From positions 1 to 20,634 of IMG/VR virus record IMGVR_UViG_2740892218_000001: a stretch of DNA of 20,634 bases; one strand, 5' to 3'. The notes below the pieces were generated by a model. The model saw nothing but the letters and a program-made list of their open reading frames with translations, did no database searches and was not told the DNA's origin. This DNA is from a virus. Taxonomy: Duplodnaviria; Heunggongvirae; Uroviricota; Caudoviricetes. The translations under genes were made by a program, and so were the position numbers. Shown here piece after piece: positions 7,782 through 19,113 of the stretch (within the stretch, counting starts at the first letter, position 1; each line of letters starts with the position of its first letter).

Positions 7782-9199
7782 TACTCAATCCTTATCTGGC
7801 AGCCAGACAGAGTGACAGGTGACTTCGTGATAACGCGCAATTTGAAGCCAATGTTTTTCCTGATGCGCCCTACTTTCTTCCACAAAACGCGTTTGTCGTA
7901 AACGAACGGTTCATTCTGCTCAATCATCTGCTCACGACCGTAATTTATGCCGTCAGTGGTTGCAGAGAGAAAAAGGCGGTCAGCATACTGCGCAACGCCA
8001 GTGGATGATTCCACCTCCAGATCGAAGCATCTGGCGTTATCCGCTTTGAACAACGGAGTAAACAGCAGGTGTTCTTGCTGTAGCCCATACTGGCTGCTGA
8101 TATCGAACTGCAATTTCCCGGTAACCGATTCCAGCTTATCGCCGCACGTTATCTGATTGCCTTCGTAAATGAAGTCGATAGCGCGGTACACATCGTCATA
8201 CAGGCCTGTTTTCAACACACACCATTGCGGACCATTGGCGCTTGAAGATGCGTCGTACACGAGAACATGGCGCGGAAGGTGGATAATCAGCAACTCATGA
8301 GCATCAAATCTCAGCGATTCCATCACACCATCAGCCAGTTCATCAGCAGTGTAGGAGCGGAGGATTTTCTCAATGCTCGCGCTGGCGATTGGTGACACCT
8401 GACCGGAGCCGATGATATACACAGACGGCGCACCTGTTGCCGGATTGCTGATAAACGCATAGGAATCAGCAAACGGCGTTTTGCAGTAAGTTCCGGCAAT
8501 ACCTTTCTGCACCATCAGCGATGGCTGTGCGACATACAAAGCAGCACCAACGGTGGTTGCACCAGTCAGGGAAAAATACTCAATCGTCGATGAACCAAAA
8601 CAGACGATGAAGTCTCGCCATGTTCCGATGCCAATGATGCCGTCAGGCTGAGACTCGGCACGATATTGTGCGCTGTAACGGTCAGGATGCGATTCGTCTT
8701 CAAGGTCAGTGATGAACCATGAATCAGTGCCGTCTTTTGACCACGCATAACGCCCACGCAAGCGTGTAATGTCGCGAACTGAACCTAACTCATACTGAGT
8801 GAATCCACTGTCTGTAGGCCAGTTTGAGACGGTTTTAACCGTGCCATCATAACGATACTCTACCAGTTGACCATTAACACCTACAGCCTGAGATGTTCGA
8901 CCATGCGCCATTGATACGCGACCACTTCCGGCAACATCACCAACCTCGCTTTCGCCCTTATACAACTTGCCACCGCAAACGCGATAAACAGCATTCTGCG
9001 CCATGTTGTACTCGACACCGCGCGATACACCATTCACATCAGAACGTTTGGCAATGCCCGGGAATGAGCGAAGATATCCGCTGCTGTTGAGTATTTCTTT
9101 GGGTGTAGCCAGCATATTCACTGGCAGATAGTCGATATAGTCGGCGTTTCTAAAGTCTTTGCCGACACCTTTCATAAGCGGAAGTTGCTGAATCGGCAT
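7781..9199 (-). CDS. Tail hub protein, P22 gp10-like, 472 aa
   Basis: Same length as P22 gp10 (472 aa) and same position between gp4 and the needle. Confidence 0.8.
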   Translation of the reverse strand: MPIQQLPLMKGVGKDFRNADYIDYLPVNMLATPKEILNSSGYLRSFPGIAKRSDVNGVSRGVEYNMAQNAVYRVCGGKLYKGESEVGDVAGSGRVSMAHGRTSQAVGVNGQLVEYRYDGTVKTVSNWPTDSGFTQYELGSVRDITRLRGRYAWSKDGTDSWFITDLEDESHPDRYSAQYRAESQPDGIIGIGTWRDFIVCFGSSTIEYFSLTGATTVGAALYVAQPSLMVQKGIAGTYCKTPFADSYAFISNPATGAPSVYIIGSGQVSPIASASIEKILRSYTADELADGVMESLRFDAHELLIIHLPRHVLVYDASSSANGPQWCVLKTGLYDDVYRAIDFIYEGNQITCGDKLESVTGKLQFDISSQYGLQQEHLLFTPLFKADNARCFDLEVESSTGVAQYADRLFLSATTDGINYGREQMIEQNEPFVYDKRVLWKKVGRIRKNIGFKLRVITKSPVTLSGCQIRIE

Positions 9200-9700
9200 T
9201 TATTCGCTCCCGTTATCGCAAGGTTCCTTCCGGTGGAAGTAATTCCAACCGTTCCACTTCGCCAACTGATTACCGCTACCAACAGGCATACGGTTTGGAT
9301 AACCGGACTTACATTTAGCAGCTTTTGCTCTGTCCATTGCAGACAGTTTGACGAGTCGCTCTTTCCCGTATCTGGCAGTGGTTATAAGTTTTGCAGACGC
9401 TTCCAGCGCATAATCTGGAGCAATGCGGCAGGCAAGGTTGAAAATGACGGCATTTATAGCGTTATTTGATAAGCCGTGCTCATCGCCCGGATCTGGAGCG
9501 ACATCTGCATCAGCAAAAATGTAGCCAACGTTGATCCCAGGTGACGCATCACCGCCAAGCCATTCAGCCATCATCATTTCAAGGTCGTTAACGCCGTCTT
9601 CCATAGACTGCGGTTCGACATCGGTTAACGTGGCATTTGATGCCACACCGAGCTTACGTAATGCCGCAAGAACTAAATCACCCTTCGTTGTCAGGTTCAT
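9200..9700 (-). CDS. Head-to-tail adaptor, P22 gp4-like, 166 aa
   Basis: Internal Met of ORF 9200..9775 gives [47 protein letters not shown]..., matching the P22 gp4 N-terminus and its 166-aa length as recalled; the track's longer N-terminal extension is rejected. Confidence 0.8.
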   Translation of the reverse strand: MNLTTKGDLVLAALRKLGVASNATLTDVEPQSMEDGVNDLEMMMAEWLGGDASPGINVGYIFADADVAPDPGDEHGLSNNAINAVIFNLACRIAPDYALEASAKLITTARYGKERLVKLSAMDRAKAAKCKSGYPNRMPVGSGNQLAKWNGWNYFHRKEPCDNGSE

Positions 9701-9914
9701 CTGCTGCCGCCTTAGGTTTTCGACCACGCTTTTTACGCTGTTTTTCTTCTGGCTCTGGCTCCGGCTCTGCAACATCCTTCAAAAGGTCATCAGGATGTGA
9801 AAACCAGCCAGCATCCAGATATTCCTGAAGCTCTTCGGCTTTCACGATTTCAAAGTCGTATCCAACGCCTTTCCATTTCTTCATGTCTCCATGACGAAAG
9901 ATCATGTGTGTCAT
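9678..9914 (-). CDS. Small hypothetical protein (78 aa) between coat and gp4, with a charged C-terminal tail containing KKRGRKPK
   Basis: ATG at 9914 preceded by GGAGA with a 6-nt spacer; overlaps the gp4 start by 23 nt; a small gene at this position is recalled in Sf6-type genomes. The ORF 9678..9962 start would overlap the coat stop. Confidence 0.4.
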   Translation of the reverse strand: MTHMIFRHGDMKKWKGVGYDFEIVKAEELQEYLDAGWFSHPDDLLKDVAEPEPEPEEKQRKKRGRKPKAAADEPDNEG

Positions 9915-9958
9915 GCTTGTCTCCAGATAAAAAAGGGAGCCGAAGCTCCCTCTGGTTA

Positions 9959-11254
9959 TCACGCAGTCTGGTTAGGCAGACCAACACCAATTGCCTCTGG
10001 TCGTACAGCACATGCTGAATACCACACAGCAATACGGCACTTACCAGACAGAGTGTTGATATCACCCTGCGTTGCGAAGATGCCGTTAACACCAATACCA
10101 GGAATGCTGAAGGAAGAAGTTTTCATGCCAGCAAACAGTTCATGGGTTACCGGAATCGGCTGAGACAGCAGGCGGATTGAGTCATCAGCCCAGAACACGT
10201 TAGCGGTGGTTGTTGCCACGTTCAGAACGTTTACCGGAGTGGTATCAGCAAGAGAGGTGTTTACGTTAGCGTAAGCCTTCTCTTCTTTTGTCAGTGACGC
10301 GTCATCCAGCGCAATCGGCTTCGGCGTGATTTCGATGTGAGTACTATCGATCACTCGGGTGATTGAGAAAGTCGCATCATCAGTCAGCACGTTCTTCGCC
10401 ATCTGAGATAGGAATTTCACACCAGTGAAGCTGATTTTGTCGCCGCGCTTAAATCCGGTGGTAGATGATACGGTCACCGTTGCAACACGGTTGTCGACGT
10501 TCTCTTTGTTACCATCGGTATCAAGGGTGTATGCCTGCGGCTTAAACTTCTGCGCACCAGAAACAGTTACACCAGTAGCGGTTGACTTGGTAACTGCCGG
10601 AAGTTTCGGTGAGCGAAGAATTTCATCAAAGCCAGCAATCTGACGCTGAATAGTACCGTTACGATACGCTTCTTCAGGAACGCGCCCAAAGATGTCACCA
10701 TCTACCAGGTTGCGGCCTGCTTTGCGGTAATCGTCAGGGTTCAGGAAGTAACTGATGCCCATATCGCGGTTTAGCTCACGGGAGAACATCAGGCGCTCTG
10801 CATCAGACACAAAATCCCAGCCAGACAGGCCAGTAGATGGACCAATTGCGCGGGTATCGTGAACAACAAGCGAGCCCATTTCAGTTGCCTGTTTGGCAAT
10901 TGCTGACTCAATGTTATTCGCCAGTTTTTTGGCGGATGCCTGGATGCGGCGACGGTAAGAACGCTCATCACGCAGGTCATCTGCACGAAGCTCGAAAAAA
11001 TCGTTATCCGGGTCGCCCATGTTGCATTTCACGGAGAGTTCCAGAATCCCGGTTGCGTTGCCAGTTAAATCCCAGCCAGTCTGGGTTGGCGCTTCCTGCT
11101 CAACAGGCATCCACACGGTGTTGCTTGAACGTTGCATGGATTCTGCCGGAGGGGTGTATTTTGTCACTTTGGACGCCATTGGCGTCAGGTTCTGGACGGT
11201 TTCGATGATTTCATCGATAGCGTAAGTAACTAACTGCCCTTCTTTGAGAGTCAT
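9959..11254 (-). CDS. Major capsid (coat) protein, P22 gp5-like, HK97 fold, 431 aa
   Basis: [54 protein letters not shown]... and ...[39 protein letters not shown]...[14 protein letters not shown] closely parallel P22 coat as recalled. Confidence 0.92.
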   Translation of the reverse strand: MTLKEGQLVTYAIDEIIETVQNLTPMASKVTKYTPPAESMQRSSNTVWMPVEQEAPTQTGWDLTGNATGILELSVKCNMGDPDNDFFELRADDLRDERSYRRRIQASAKKLANNIESAIAKQATEMGSLVVHDTRAIGPSTGLSGWDFVSDAERLMFSRELNRDMGISYFLNPDDYRKAGRNLVDGDIFGRVPEEAYRNGTIQRQIAGFDEILRSPKLPAVTKSTATGVTVSGAQKFKPQAYTLDTDGNKENVDNRVATVTVSSTTGFKRGDKISFTGVKFLSQMAKNVLTDDATFSITRVIDSTHIEITPKPIALDDASLTKEEKAYANVNTSLADTTPVNVLNVATTTANVFWADDSIRLLSQPIPVTHELFAGMKTSSFSIPGIGVNGIFATQGDINTLSGKCRIAVWYSACAVRPEAIGVGLPNQTA

Positions 11255-11321
11255 ATATTGAATACCTTACTTTCTTTATGTGCTATACTATTGTTATATC
11301 AACATATAGCGCATTAGGGTT

Positions 11322-11843
11322 ATGAGCATGGAACTGAATGAATACTTCGAATACCGCGATGGTTCTTTGGTTTGGAAAGCCAGAAGCTCTGAGTTTTTCA
11401 ACAACAAAAAGAATCGCAACTATCACAACGTTTGGAATGCAAAACACGCTGGGAAAGTTGCTGGTCTTTTAGAAAGCAATGGATATATCCGCATAAGAAT
11501 TAACGGCATTAAGTGGCTAGCACACCGCATCGTATGGGTAATGTTTAACGGAGATATTCCAGAAGGCATGGAAATTGACCATATAAATGGGATTCGCCAC
11601 GACAACAGAATTGAAAATCTTCGTCTTGTGAAAAAATCAGCAAACCAAAGGAATAGAATCAAACTATCTAAAAATAACTCCAGCGGAATATCTGGAGTTT
11701 ACTTTTGCAACACGCGGAAAAGATGGATCGCTCATAAGCGACTGCTTAATGCAAGAGTGCAAAAAGTATGTTCTTCATTCGAAGAGGCGAAAGAAGTAAT
11801 CAGAAAGTTTGACGAGGAAAACAACATCACGATATCGAAATAA
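11322..11843 (+). CDS. HNH homing endonuclease with C-terminal AP2-type DNA-binding domain (free-standing HEG), 173 aa
   Basis: HNH motif region EIDHINGIRHDNRIENLRLVKKSANQRN and AP2-like segment SGISGVYFCNTRKRWIAHKRL; AT-rich; opposite strand to the whole structural operon; stop codon abuts the scaffold stop. Alternative start ATG at 11328 has better spacing to AGGG. Confidence 0.75.
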   Translation: MSMELNEYFEYRDGSLVWKARSSEFFNNKKNRNYHNVWNAKHAGKVAGLLESNGYIRIRINGIKWLAHRIVWVMFNGDIPEGMEIDHINGIRHDNRIENLRLVKKSANQRNRIKLSKNNSSGISGVYFCNTRKRWIAHKRLLNARVQKVCSSFEEAKEVIRKFDEENNITISK

Positions 11844-12755
11844 TTATCGAATTCCTTTATTCAGTTGTGCCTTAAGCTTGCGGTACGTCTCTACATCCCC
11901 TTTGTTTGCTGCCGCCTCCATCTGCTTTTCAATCGCAGAGATATTTGCAGCAACAGCATGTCCCTGAATGGGCTCATCAGGTAACGGGGCTTCTGAAACA
12001 GGCTTGGCTCGAGGCTTGAGAGTTAAACGTTCTGACAGTCGAGTGAGTTCAATCAGCGCTGATTGCCCGTCCATCGCCAGCAACTGGCGTGTTTTCTCAG
12101 GATTAGCACCAAGGTGATACATGAGAGCAGCGGATTTCTCCGGGAAGAGGCGCATGATGTCGGCACCGACTGCTGGCGGCACCAGTTGCATGAATGCATC
12201 CTCTTTCTCCTGATAGTCAGGGATATTGAGCTTTTCCGCTGCGTCGTAGTGCTTACGGGCTGCCTCGACGTATTGCGCTGATTGCTGGGTGAACTCCTGA
12301 GTTTTGCGACCCTGCTCGGCGACAGCCTGGCTTCGTGCGTCCATAGCCTTGATCTGCCATTCACTGTTTGCCTGCTGGAAGGCAGCCAGTGCGCGGCTCT
12401 GGTCATAGTCGTACTTAGCCAGTGCATCTTCGGAAAGATAATCGTTAGGGTCTGGTTGTTTTGGTAACTCAGGGTTCACCCGCAGGTGCTCCGGCAACTC
12501 TCCACGCTTAACCGCTTCCATCTGTTGCTCAAGCTCACGCTGGCGTTTGCGTTCGATGCGGCGACGGGCAAATTCAGCATTAGTTGCCGGGTCTTGTTTT
12601 GGTTTCTCATCGTCTTTCAGGACAATCTCGAAGCCTTCTTCCTGACCTGCGTTGTCGTTGGCATTATCGACAACTAAGCCATCAGCAGATGCCGCTGCAT
12701 GATTGCCGGGCAGGGTTAATTCTTCAGAAGCCTGAATGTCGGTGGTTTTGTCCAT
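11844..12755 (-). CDS. Scaffolding protein, P22 gp8-like, 303 aa
   Basis: Same length as P22 gp8 (303 aa) and long near-identical stretches as recalled ([115 protein letters not shown]). Confidence 0.9.
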   Translation of the reverse strand: MDKTTDIQASEELTLPGNHAAASADGLVVDNANDNAGQEEGFEIVLKDDEKPKQDPATNAEFARRRIERKRQRELEQQMEAVKRGELPEHLRVNPELPKQPDPNDYLSEDALAKYDYDQSRALAAFQQANSEWQIKAMDARSQAVAEQGRKTQEFTQQSAQYVEAARKHYDAAEKLNIPDYQEKEDAFMQLVPPAVGADIMRLFPEKSAALMYHLGANPEKTRQLLAMDGQSALIELTRLSERLTLKPRAKPVSEAPLPDEPIQGHAVAANISAIEKQMEAAANKGDVETYRKLKAQLNKGIR

Positions 12756-12768
12756 GATTAACTCTCTC

Positions 12769-14937
12769 TTATTGAGGTGTCTCGGCTACTCCGCCGGAGG
12801 GGATTTGAACTTGACGCATAAGATTCGCGAAATCCATGCGTTGTGAATGAGTCTGGTCTGCATCTTTAAGAAGCAGCTCAGCGTTAGCACGAGCATCTTT
12901 GCTGCGCTGTTGCTGGAATTGACCTACGAGCTTGAGGTACTCACGCAGTTCTGCCTGCTTATCAAGGTCCATATTGTTGAAGATTTCTGCAATCTTCGCG
13001 GCGTTGAGTTGGTTTTGGGCTTCAACCTTGGCGGCTTCAACCTGAATCTGCGCCTGTTGGTTCTCTGCCTTGAGCAATTCAGCCTGACCTTGCAGAAGGA
13101 TGCCCTGCGCCTGAATTTGCTCTGCTGATGGCTGCTGCGGCTGCTGTTGAGCCTGCTGTACCATCTCCATCTCTTCAGGTGTTTCTGGTTTCTTCAGCCC
13201 CATCATCACCAGTTGCTTGTTCGCGTACTCTCGCATCATCTCGACGCCTTTACCGTCAAGCAGCGTGAAGTATTGCAGCATCAGCATCTGGAACTCTGGA
13301 GTACCTTGCGGAACCTTGGTTAGCAACTCCTGAATCTCTGCGCGATTCTGTTCCTTCATGCTCTGGAAGGATGGTCCGACGTCTGTATAGCACTCATAGC
13401 GACCGCGAATATCGTTGAGTGTGACCACATTGCCAGACTGGTAATCTACAACTTGCGCATAGAGTTGAACGTCTTTCTCGCTTCCATCTTCAAGTGTCAG
13501 CGTTACATGACGAGGAACGTCATAAATATCGTTGACCATTGAGGCATAAATCTCGCCATCACGTCGCATTGCGGTAGCCAGGTTATCCTGAAACACGTAT
13601 GTCTCAAGGTCTGCCCGCATGTTCAGTTGATTGACGGTATCGAAAGCGACCTGAGAGTTTGCTGCCTGCGCATCCACACCAAGACTAGCCACCTCTTTCA
13701 CTGCGTTGGTGGCAGCCTCAAGCATGTAAGCGTTGGCTTGCGGCACTTCAGGGTTTTCCATGTAGGAGATTGGACCAATCGGCAGGTCGTTGCCGTTTTC
13801 ATCGGTCCTGTTCTGCAGATAGTACGGATAGTCATCATTTCCACCGTACATGTATTCGTAGCCTTCGATTTGCTCAGGGAAGAAGGTCGGTTTCTTCTTC
13901 GGTGAACGAGCAACAATATCGGCGTTGAATGACATGATCATGTTACGAAGGCGTTGACCGTCTTTCGTCAGCCTTACCACTCCTTCGTAGCACTCCTTGT
14001 CACCAGCGAATGACCATTCGCCATACACTGGAACGATTGGAATATGCTCTCCGGCTATCTTCTCGCGGTCTTTCAGTATCTGCGTGCAGGTGATGATCGA
14101 CTTATACACACGCCGACGCTTCACCTTGCGCTCTGCTACCTTAATGAATCCACGATTAGCCAGGTCGTCGATGACGTCTTTGATATCCTGCTGGTAATAG
14201 CTGACCGGCTCACCTGTCAGCGGGTCGCGGTAGATGAAGACTTTCTCCTTCTTCTCTTCTACCTCGTAATACTCAGCGACGTAGACGACATCATTCGATA
14301 CCCACGGAAACAGCCATGTGTCGTTCGGATTCTGGAAAGATGGCAGGGTGTCAGGATCAATACCGTAATCCTCTGCGAACTCTTTCCAGCCATTGCGCGA
14401 CAAGGCGTTAATCACCGTGCAATGCTTAGCGTCGCTCTTATCCATCTGCTTGCTGTTTGCGTCCCATATGACGTGTGAGCAGGCTTCATGGATTGGCAGG
14501 CGTCGGATTACCTGATTGTTGCTTGTTGGATCGTTGTCTTCGTACTGCGTGACCAGACGCCATGCACCAACGCCAGACTCTATCTGCTCACGAACGCCAA
14601 CGTTAACAGCAATCTTTGCCGTGTTATGGCGCATATCAGTACGATACATTCCCATCAACACATCGGCAGCATCAGGATTAGCGCCGTCTTTTGGTCTGAA
14701 TAGAACGTCGATAGGGTTCCGGCGCATCTCTGCGACCAGTTTCCTGACCACCGGGCGAACAACATCGAATTGTCCGCGATATTGCAGGGTGGTGTAGTTT
14801 GATAGCCAGTCATCCCATTGCGACACTCGGCTAAAATACAGGTCATTTGTCGCCTCGGTTCTGGCCTCATCGCTTGCTGCCCAATCCCTGTCAAACCGAA
14901 GGAGAATGGTTCGCAATTTGTCGTCTTGGTCGGCCAT
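12769..14937 (-). CDS. Portal protein, P22 gp1-like, 722 aa
   Basis: N-terminus [67 protein letters not shown]... closely parallels P22 portal as recalled; size (P22 725 aa) and Gln-rich C-terminal helix region fit. Confidence 0.92.
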   Translation of the reverse strand: MADQDDKLRTILLRFDRDWAASDEARTEATNDLYFSRVSQWDDWLSNYTTLQYRGQFDVVRPVVRKLVAEMRRNPIDVLFRPKDGANPDAADVLMGMYRTDMRHNTAKIAVNVGVREQIESGVGAWRLVTQYEDNDPTSNNQVIRRLPIHEACSHVIWDANSKQMDKSDAKHCTVINALSRNGWKEFAEDYGIDPDTLPSFQNPNDTWLFPWVSNDVVYVAEYYEVEEKKEKVFIYRDPLTGEPVSYYQQDIKDVIDDLANRGFIKVAERKVKRRRVYKSIITCTQILKDREKIAGEHIPIVPVYGEWSFAGDKECYEGVVRLTKDGQRLRNMIMSFNADIVARSPKKKPTFFPEQIEGYEYMYGGNDDYPYYLQNRTDENGNDLPIGPISYMENPEVPQANAYMLEAATNAVKEVASLGVDAQAANSQVAFDTVNQLNMRADLETYVFQDNLATAMRRDGEIYASMVNDIYDVPRHVTLTLEDGSEKDVQLYAQVVDYQSGNVVTLNDIRGRYECYTDVGPSFQSMKEQNRAEIQELLTKVPQGTPEFQMLMLQYFTLLDGKGVEMMREYANKQLVMMGLKKPETPEEMEMVQQAQQQPQQPSAEQIQAQGILLQGQAELLKAENQQAQIQVEAAKVEAQNQLNAAKIAEIFNNMDLDKQAELREYLKLVGQFQQQRSKDARANAELLLKDADQTHSQRMDFANLMRQVQIPSGGVAETPQ

Positions 14938-16397
14938 TATCTACCTCTGGAAATTGGACGAATTGGAGCCGGTAATGGCTTAGTTGGTTTGTTTTTGACT
15001 ACCGGGAATGCAAACGTCAGGGCTAACGCATCAGCGCGGTTTGGTGAAGGAACCCCACGGCGCTTCATGTCATCTTTGGCCTCAAGGACGATGCGCCCAT
15101 CGAGCTTAACCCTGTACTCAGGAGCAACGATTTCGTCAGCTGTTTGCTGATCATCGATACTTCCCCCTTCTTTGAGCCATGACTTCATTGAGTTCCACAT
15201 CTCACCGCGCTTGTTCAGCATGCCGGGGTCTTTGGATTCACCCCCAAAGTTAACCAGCTGCCACTTCCTTCCCCACGACCTACCTATTGAGTGAATTCCG
15301 GTGCCATACCCGAAGTCTATGAACACTGCATCTGCCTTATGCTCATCCTCAAATCCTGCGACGATTTGCGCGAACTTAACGTCGTCATCTGTTTTCGGGT
15401 AGGTGCCAAGCAGGCGCGCATGAAGACCCTGGCGAAGGTAAATTGATGCCTCATCACTACCTGTGTAAGCAGGGTCAACGCCGATTATTTTGGATGCGAA
15501 TGTGTAAGAGCCGGGCTCAAGCGTGCGAGACATGGCCTCATCCACATATGCCTGAGGTATGAACTGGACTTCTGATGTCGATGGGAATAGACCGCGAACA
15601 CGTACTTTAAAGAAGTCGCTGTCTTCACCGTAATCCTTGCGCCACTCTTCGATGAGCTCTTTGTTGGTCATCTTTGCCAGGCGGCTATCAATTTGACGTC
15701 GACGCCATCGGTGTTTGAACTTGCGGAAGCACTCTCGGAATCGACCGGTGTTACGCGTCGGGTTCCCAAATGCAAACCAGAAAGGCTCGCCGTCAGTAAG
15801 GCCGCCCTCTGCTACTTCCCAAATTTTGTCAGGAACCGCTGAGGCTTCATCGAAGATGTAGAACGGGCTTGAGTTAGCTGCATGCAGGCCAGCAAATGAC
15901 TCGCTGTTCTCTTCCCGACACGTCTGGCCGTCACAGCGCCATGATTCCATGTGATCCACATGGTAGATGTTCATGTTGCCTTTGCCGTTGTTGTACTCAA
16001 ACCAGTGACCGGTGATGCACCGCTTCTTCCACTTGCCCAGCTCGCCCCATGTTTTGGTGCGAAGCTGTTCAGAGGTATTAGCTGTCACGACGCCCTTGCA
16101 GAAAGGACGAGTGCTGAGGATGTACAGAATGACCCAGGCAGTTAGAGCACTTTTACCGATACCGTGACCAGAGCTGGTAGCGCAACGATAGGCTTCAACA
16201 GGTTTAACACCGTCGAAGTTATTAGTCCTGATTGCGTCTCCCCAATCTGTCAGAAACTCTTTCTGCCATTCATCGGGGCCGTCAAAGCCATCAAGCTCAC
16301 CAGTTCCCCAATCAAACGCATACATAACGAAGCCAAGCGGATCGTAAAAGAATCGACCCATATCATCGGCAAGCATTGCCTCGAATTCTGACGACAT
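14937..16397 (-). CDS. Terminase large subunit, 486 aa
   Basis: Position upstream of portal with TAATG overlap; Walker A-like GHGIGKS segment; size typical of P22/Sf6-type TerL. Confidence 0.88.
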   Translation of the reverse strand: MSSEFEAMLADDMGRFFYDPLGFVMYAFDWGTGELDGFDGPDEWQKEFLTDWGDAIRTNNFDGVKPVEAYRCATSSGHGIGKSALTAWVILYILSTRPFCKGVVTANTSEQLRTKTWGELGKWKKRCITGHWFEYNNGKGNMNIYHVDHMESWRCDGQTCREENSESFAGLHAANSSPFYIFDEASAVPDKIWEVAEGGLTDGEPFWFAFGNPTRNTGRFRECFRKFKHRWRRRQIDSRLAKMTNKELIEEWRKDYGEDSDFFKVRVRGLFPSTSEVQFIPQAYVDEAMSRTLEPGSYTFASKIIGVDPAYTGSDEASIYLRQGLHARLLGTYPKTDDDVKFAQIVAGFEDEHKADAVFIDFGYGTGIHSIGRSWGRKWQLVNFGGESKDPGMLNKRGEMWNSMKSWLKEGGSIDDQQTADEIVAPEYRVKLDGRIVLEAKDDMKRRGVPSPNRADALALTFAFPVVKNKPTKPLPAPIRPISRGR

Positions 16398-16834
16398 TAC
16401 TCACCTCTCGCGCGTTTTCTGGCCTCCTGAATGCGCTGAATCAGGTTAACCTCTCCGGTGTGTTCAACTTCTTGCTTATCGCGCCATTTATCCTTCTGTC
16501 GGTTCTTAAGCCAGAAAATGGCAGCGGTTGTATCAGGCGGGTAATACTTCTCAAGCGGAGTTTCGACAATTCTGTTTTCAATAACACGAATATCGATGTC
16601 TGGAGCCACGAAGCCCATAGCGCGTTGATAAAGACGATCACTAACTTCTGCATCAGCGACGGCCTTACCCTTTTTTATGGACTCCGAAAACTTAGGATAA
16701 TCAAGCTTCCACTTGTTAATAGTTGACTCACTGACTTCGAAGAAATCAGCAAGCTCTGCGTCTGTATAGCCCAGCAAGCACAGTTTGCGTGCCTGTTCGG
16801 CGTACGCCTCTTGATACTTTGTTGGGCGCGCCAT
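16397..16834 (-). CDS. Terminase small subunit (HTH-type, Sf6 gp1-like), 145 aa
   Basis: Immediately upstream of TerL with TAATG overlap; N-terminal HTH-like region (LGYTDAELADFFEVSESTINKWK) resembles Sf6-type small terminases as recalled; not P22 gp3-like. Confidence 0.7.
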   Translation of the reverse strand: MARPTKYQEAYAEQARKLCLLGYTDAELADFFEVSESTINKWKLDYPKFSESIKKGKAVADAEVSDRLYQRAMGFVAPDIDIRVIENRIVETPLEKYYPPDTTAAIFWLKNRQKDKWRDKQEVEHTGEVNLIQRIQEARKRARGE

Positions 16835-16836
16835 GT

Positions 16837-17079
16837 TTATGCTCCGGTAGTGAACAGGTCTAACGCTTCCTTCGATTTACGCACCGCTTCGATAGTGCGG
16901 GTCGTGATATCTGAATTAGCGCCGCCTGACTGGAAGTGAATTTTGAATAGCTCAAGCTTCAACTCGTCAGTGCCGATGAATTGAAATGCTTCCTCTGCGG
17001 CTGCGTTCTGGTTCATGACCAGTTTGTAAATCTCTAACTGGAATTTCTGTTCTTCAGTCATGGGAATAATCTCTGCCAT
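16837..17079 (-). CDS. Small hypothetical protein, 80 aa (position of P22 orf80)
   Basis: GGAG RBS upstream of ATG at 17079; tightly packed upstream of terS; same size and position as P22 orf80 as recalled. Confidence 0.5.
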   Translation of the reverse strand: MAEIIPMTEEQKFQLEIYKLVMNQNAAAEEAFQFIGTDELKLELFKIHFQSGGANSDITTRTIEAVRKSKEALDLFTTGA

Positions 17080-17114
17080 TGTTGGCTCCGTTTATCCGTT
17101 AAAAGGGATATCAG

Positions 17115-17408
17115 TTAAGTTATCCCGTGTAGGGTATAAGCCATTATCAAGCCCACCAGTAGATGGGCTTTGTAATGGAGAGCCGTTGTGAAAGTGGCTC
17201 TCAGACTGTCATTTTTTCCCTTTCTGTTTACCTGCCCACTGTTTTGCAATGTACAGGCAGTCATCGAAAATTCGGCCTTTTCTGCTGGCTTGTGAACAAC
17301 GGCGAGTTCCACCGCCATGTCAGCGCCAGTCATAGCCGCGTTTTGGTCGTATCCAAACTTTATTAACTCGGTTGTTACATTTTTATGTATGAAATCAATC
17401 GGAGTCAT
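17115..17408 (-). CDS. Hypothetical protein, 97 aa
   Basis: Start overlaps the upstream gene stop as ATGA (17405-17408), suggesting translational coupling; no recognisable domain. Confidence 0.4.
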   Translation of the reverse strand: MTPIDFIHKNVTTELIKFGYDQNAAMTGADMAVELAVVHKPAEKAEFSMTACTLQNSGQVNRKGKNDSLRATFTTALHYKAHLLVGLIMAYTLHGIT

Positions 17409-18001
17409 GCTGGTTTACCATCAGGGAAATCCCCCATGTCACATAGCTTGAACTGAATCAGATCCTTCACAAGCTGCTCAGCCTTTTTAATGGCCTTCTT
17501 CTCTTTCTTCCGACGAGTCATGAGAGCGCTACCTGCTTGACCGTGCATTTCAAATGAGAACTTCTCAGCAGCCGCGACACGGTTTTGCATTTCGCTGATT
17601 GCCATATCGGTCAGGCCAGAGAAATCGAGAAGGTTAATGTCCTTCCCCCCCTCAAGCTCAGTCATGTGGTCATACACCTGCGCCTGAAGCTCATAGCTGT
17701 AGCTCATTGCCATGAGGCAAGCTTCACGCTTGGGAAAATTGTAAATATCCCTCTCCACAACACCACCTGTTCCGTTGATATAGGTATCAGTTGCAAAAAA
17801 TTTTGCAGCTGCATCCCCGAGGACCTTGGGTACTTTCTTCATGAAACTGCGGTGTTCGAGTTTGCGATATTTCTTACAGGGGAACGCAAGCCCCTCCGCC
17901 TCCGCTTTGGATTTCCGATCAGCATTAATGTAATCCACCATCTCAAGACTGCTCATGGTCGGGTATTCGCCAGAAGGAAGAACGGTTAATGATTTGTTCA
18001 T
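17405..18001 (-). CDS. Hypothetical protein, 198 aa, possibly Rha-like regulatory protein (position of P22 orf201/rha)
   Basis: AAGGAA RBS 8 nt upstream of ATG at 18001; position between lysis cassette and terminase genes matches P22 orf201 as recalled; family assignment is from position and size only, not a confident motif match. Confidence 0.4.
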   Translation of the reverse strand: MNKSLTVLPSGEYPTMSSLEMVDYINADRKSKAEAEGLAFPCKKYRKLEHRSFMKKVPKVLGDAAAKFFATDTYINGTGGVVERDIYNFPKREACLMAMSYSYELQAQVYDHMTELEGGKDINLLDFSGLTDMAISEMQNRVAAAEKFSFEMHGQAGSALMTRRKKEKKAIKKAEQLVKDLIQFKLCDMGDFPDGKPA

Positions 18002-18146
18002 GTCGGTATTTCCTTTAGAAAGTTGAGCCTGTTCGCACAGAAAAGCCGTCCCCGAGAGGTCCTCACCTATACGGCAGTTCTCAGGCTCAGCTTTCTGAAA
18101 GACTCGGGATTGTTACGCGCTGCGATACGCTGTGAAATTCAGATGT

Positions 18147-18171
18147 AAAAAAAGCCCCGCATCGCGAGGCT
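18147..18171 (-). terminator. Candidate intrinsic terminator downstream of Rz (AGCCUCGC-GAU-GCGGGGCU followed by U7)
   Basis: 8-bp stem with one mismatch, 3-nt loop, then TTTTTTT on the minus strand (plus-strand A-run 18147-18153). Confidence 0.45.
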
Positions 18172-18202
18172 CATTAAATTGACTTTGTGATTTGCAAAAA
18201 AA

Positions 18203-18640
18203 TTATTTCAGGCATTGCGTCCTGATGTATTCCTGCAGGTAGTTAACCTGCGCGGTTATCCTGTCGATTCCACTTCGGAGACGGTAATAATTGAGTTCAG
18301 CATCTGCTGTAAGTCTTGGGCTTTCTCCATCGCCCATGCCGCTGGCTCCGGTCGTTGACTTTGCACAGGTGGCGGCGACTTGCAGGCGCTTACGACCAGC
18401 AGAAACATCAGCACGGAGACTTTCGATAGTCGCGTTAGCATCAGCAAGCTCCTTTGTATATCTGGCATCGAGTTCTGCTACATCACGTTGACGCTTCTGC
18501 ATATCAGCGATTGTGGATGTGGCCTTATCGCGCTGCTCTTTGTAGGTAATGGCGTTATCACGGTAATGATTAACAGCCCATGACAGGCAGACGATGATGC
18601 AGATAACCAGAGCGGAGATAATCGCGGTGACTCTGCTCAT
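18203..18640 (-). CDS. Rz: Spanin inner-membrane subunit Rz (i-spanin), 145 aa
   Basis: [34 protein letters not shown] matches the lambda Rz N-terminus as recalled, then diverges; ATGA overlap with the R stop. Confidence 0.85.
   Translation of the reverse strand: MSRVTAIISALVICIIVCLSWAVNHYRDNAITYKEQRDKATSTIADMQKRQRDVAELDARYTKELADANATIESLRADVSAGRKRLQVAATCAKSTTGASGMGDGESPRLTADAELNYYRLRSGIDRITAQVNYLQEYIRTQCLK
18256..18441 (-). CDS. Rz1: Spanin outer-membrane lipoprotein Rz1 (o-spanin), embedded in the +1 frame of Rz, about 61 aa
   Basis: Internal ATG at 18441 preceded by AAGGAG with a 7-nt spacer; [20 protein letters not shown] gives a lipoprotein signal with lipobox-like VSAC; mature part is Pro-rich ([16 protein letters not shown]), as typical for Rz1. 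Confidence 0.65.
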   Translation of the reverse strand: MLTRLSKVSVLMFLLVVSACKSPPPVQSQRPEPAAWAMEKAQDLQQMLNSIITVSEVESTG

Positions 18641-19113
18641 ACCTCAATCTCTCTGACCGTCCCGCCCGCTTCTTTGAATTTTGCAATCAGGCTGTCAGCC
18701 TTATGCTCGAACTGACCATAACCAGCCCCCGGCAGTGAAGCCCAGATATTGCTGCAACGGTCAATTGCCTGACGGATATCACCGCGATCAATCATCGGTA
18801 AAGCGCCACGCTCTTTAATCTGCTGCAATGCCACAGCGTCCTGGCTTTTCGGAGAGAAGTCTTTCAGGCCAAGTTGCTTACGATAGGCATCCCACCAACG
18901 GGAAAGAAGCTGGTAACGTCCGGCGGCTGTTGATTTGAGCTTTGGGTTTAGCGTGACAAGTTTGCGAGGGTGATCGGAGTAATCAGTGAATAGCTCTCCG
19001 CCAACAATGACGTCATAACCATGATTTCTGGTTTTCTGTCGTCCGTTATCAGTTCCCTCTGACCACGCCAGCATATCGAGGAACGCCTTACGTTGATTAT
19101 TGATTTCCACCAT
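18637..19113 (-). CDS. R: Endolysin R (lytic transglycosylase), 158 aa
   Basis: [62 protein letters not shown]... is near-identical to lambda R as recalled. Confidence 0.95.
   Translation of the reverse strand: MVEINNQRKAFLDMLAWSEGTDNGRQKTRNHGYDVIVGGELFTDYSDHPRKLVTLNPKLKSTAAGRYQLLSRWWDAYRKQLGLKDFSPKSQDAVALQQIKERGALPMIDRGDIRQAIDRCSNIWASLPGAGYGQFEHKADSLIAKFKEAGGTVREIEV

Noticed and set aside
9200-9775. Longer 191-aa version of gp4
   Set aside because: P22 gp4 is 166 aa and the internal Met at 9700 reproduces that N-terminus; the extension overlaps the small upstream ORF.
14044-14478. 144-aa plus-strand ORF (and similar plus-strand ORFs at 12847-13128, 13627-13905, 14516-14797, 14818-15150, 15951-16145, 16164-16726, 17585-17989)
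   Set aside because: All are antisense to well-supported portal, terminase or other minus-strand genes; no independent evidence.
18020-18110. CCCGAG...CTCGGG inverted repeat and hairpin-plus-U-run-like sequence upstream of the possible Rha-like gene
   Set aside because: Stems are short with long irregular loops; cannot distinguish a promoter or attenuator from chance by eye.
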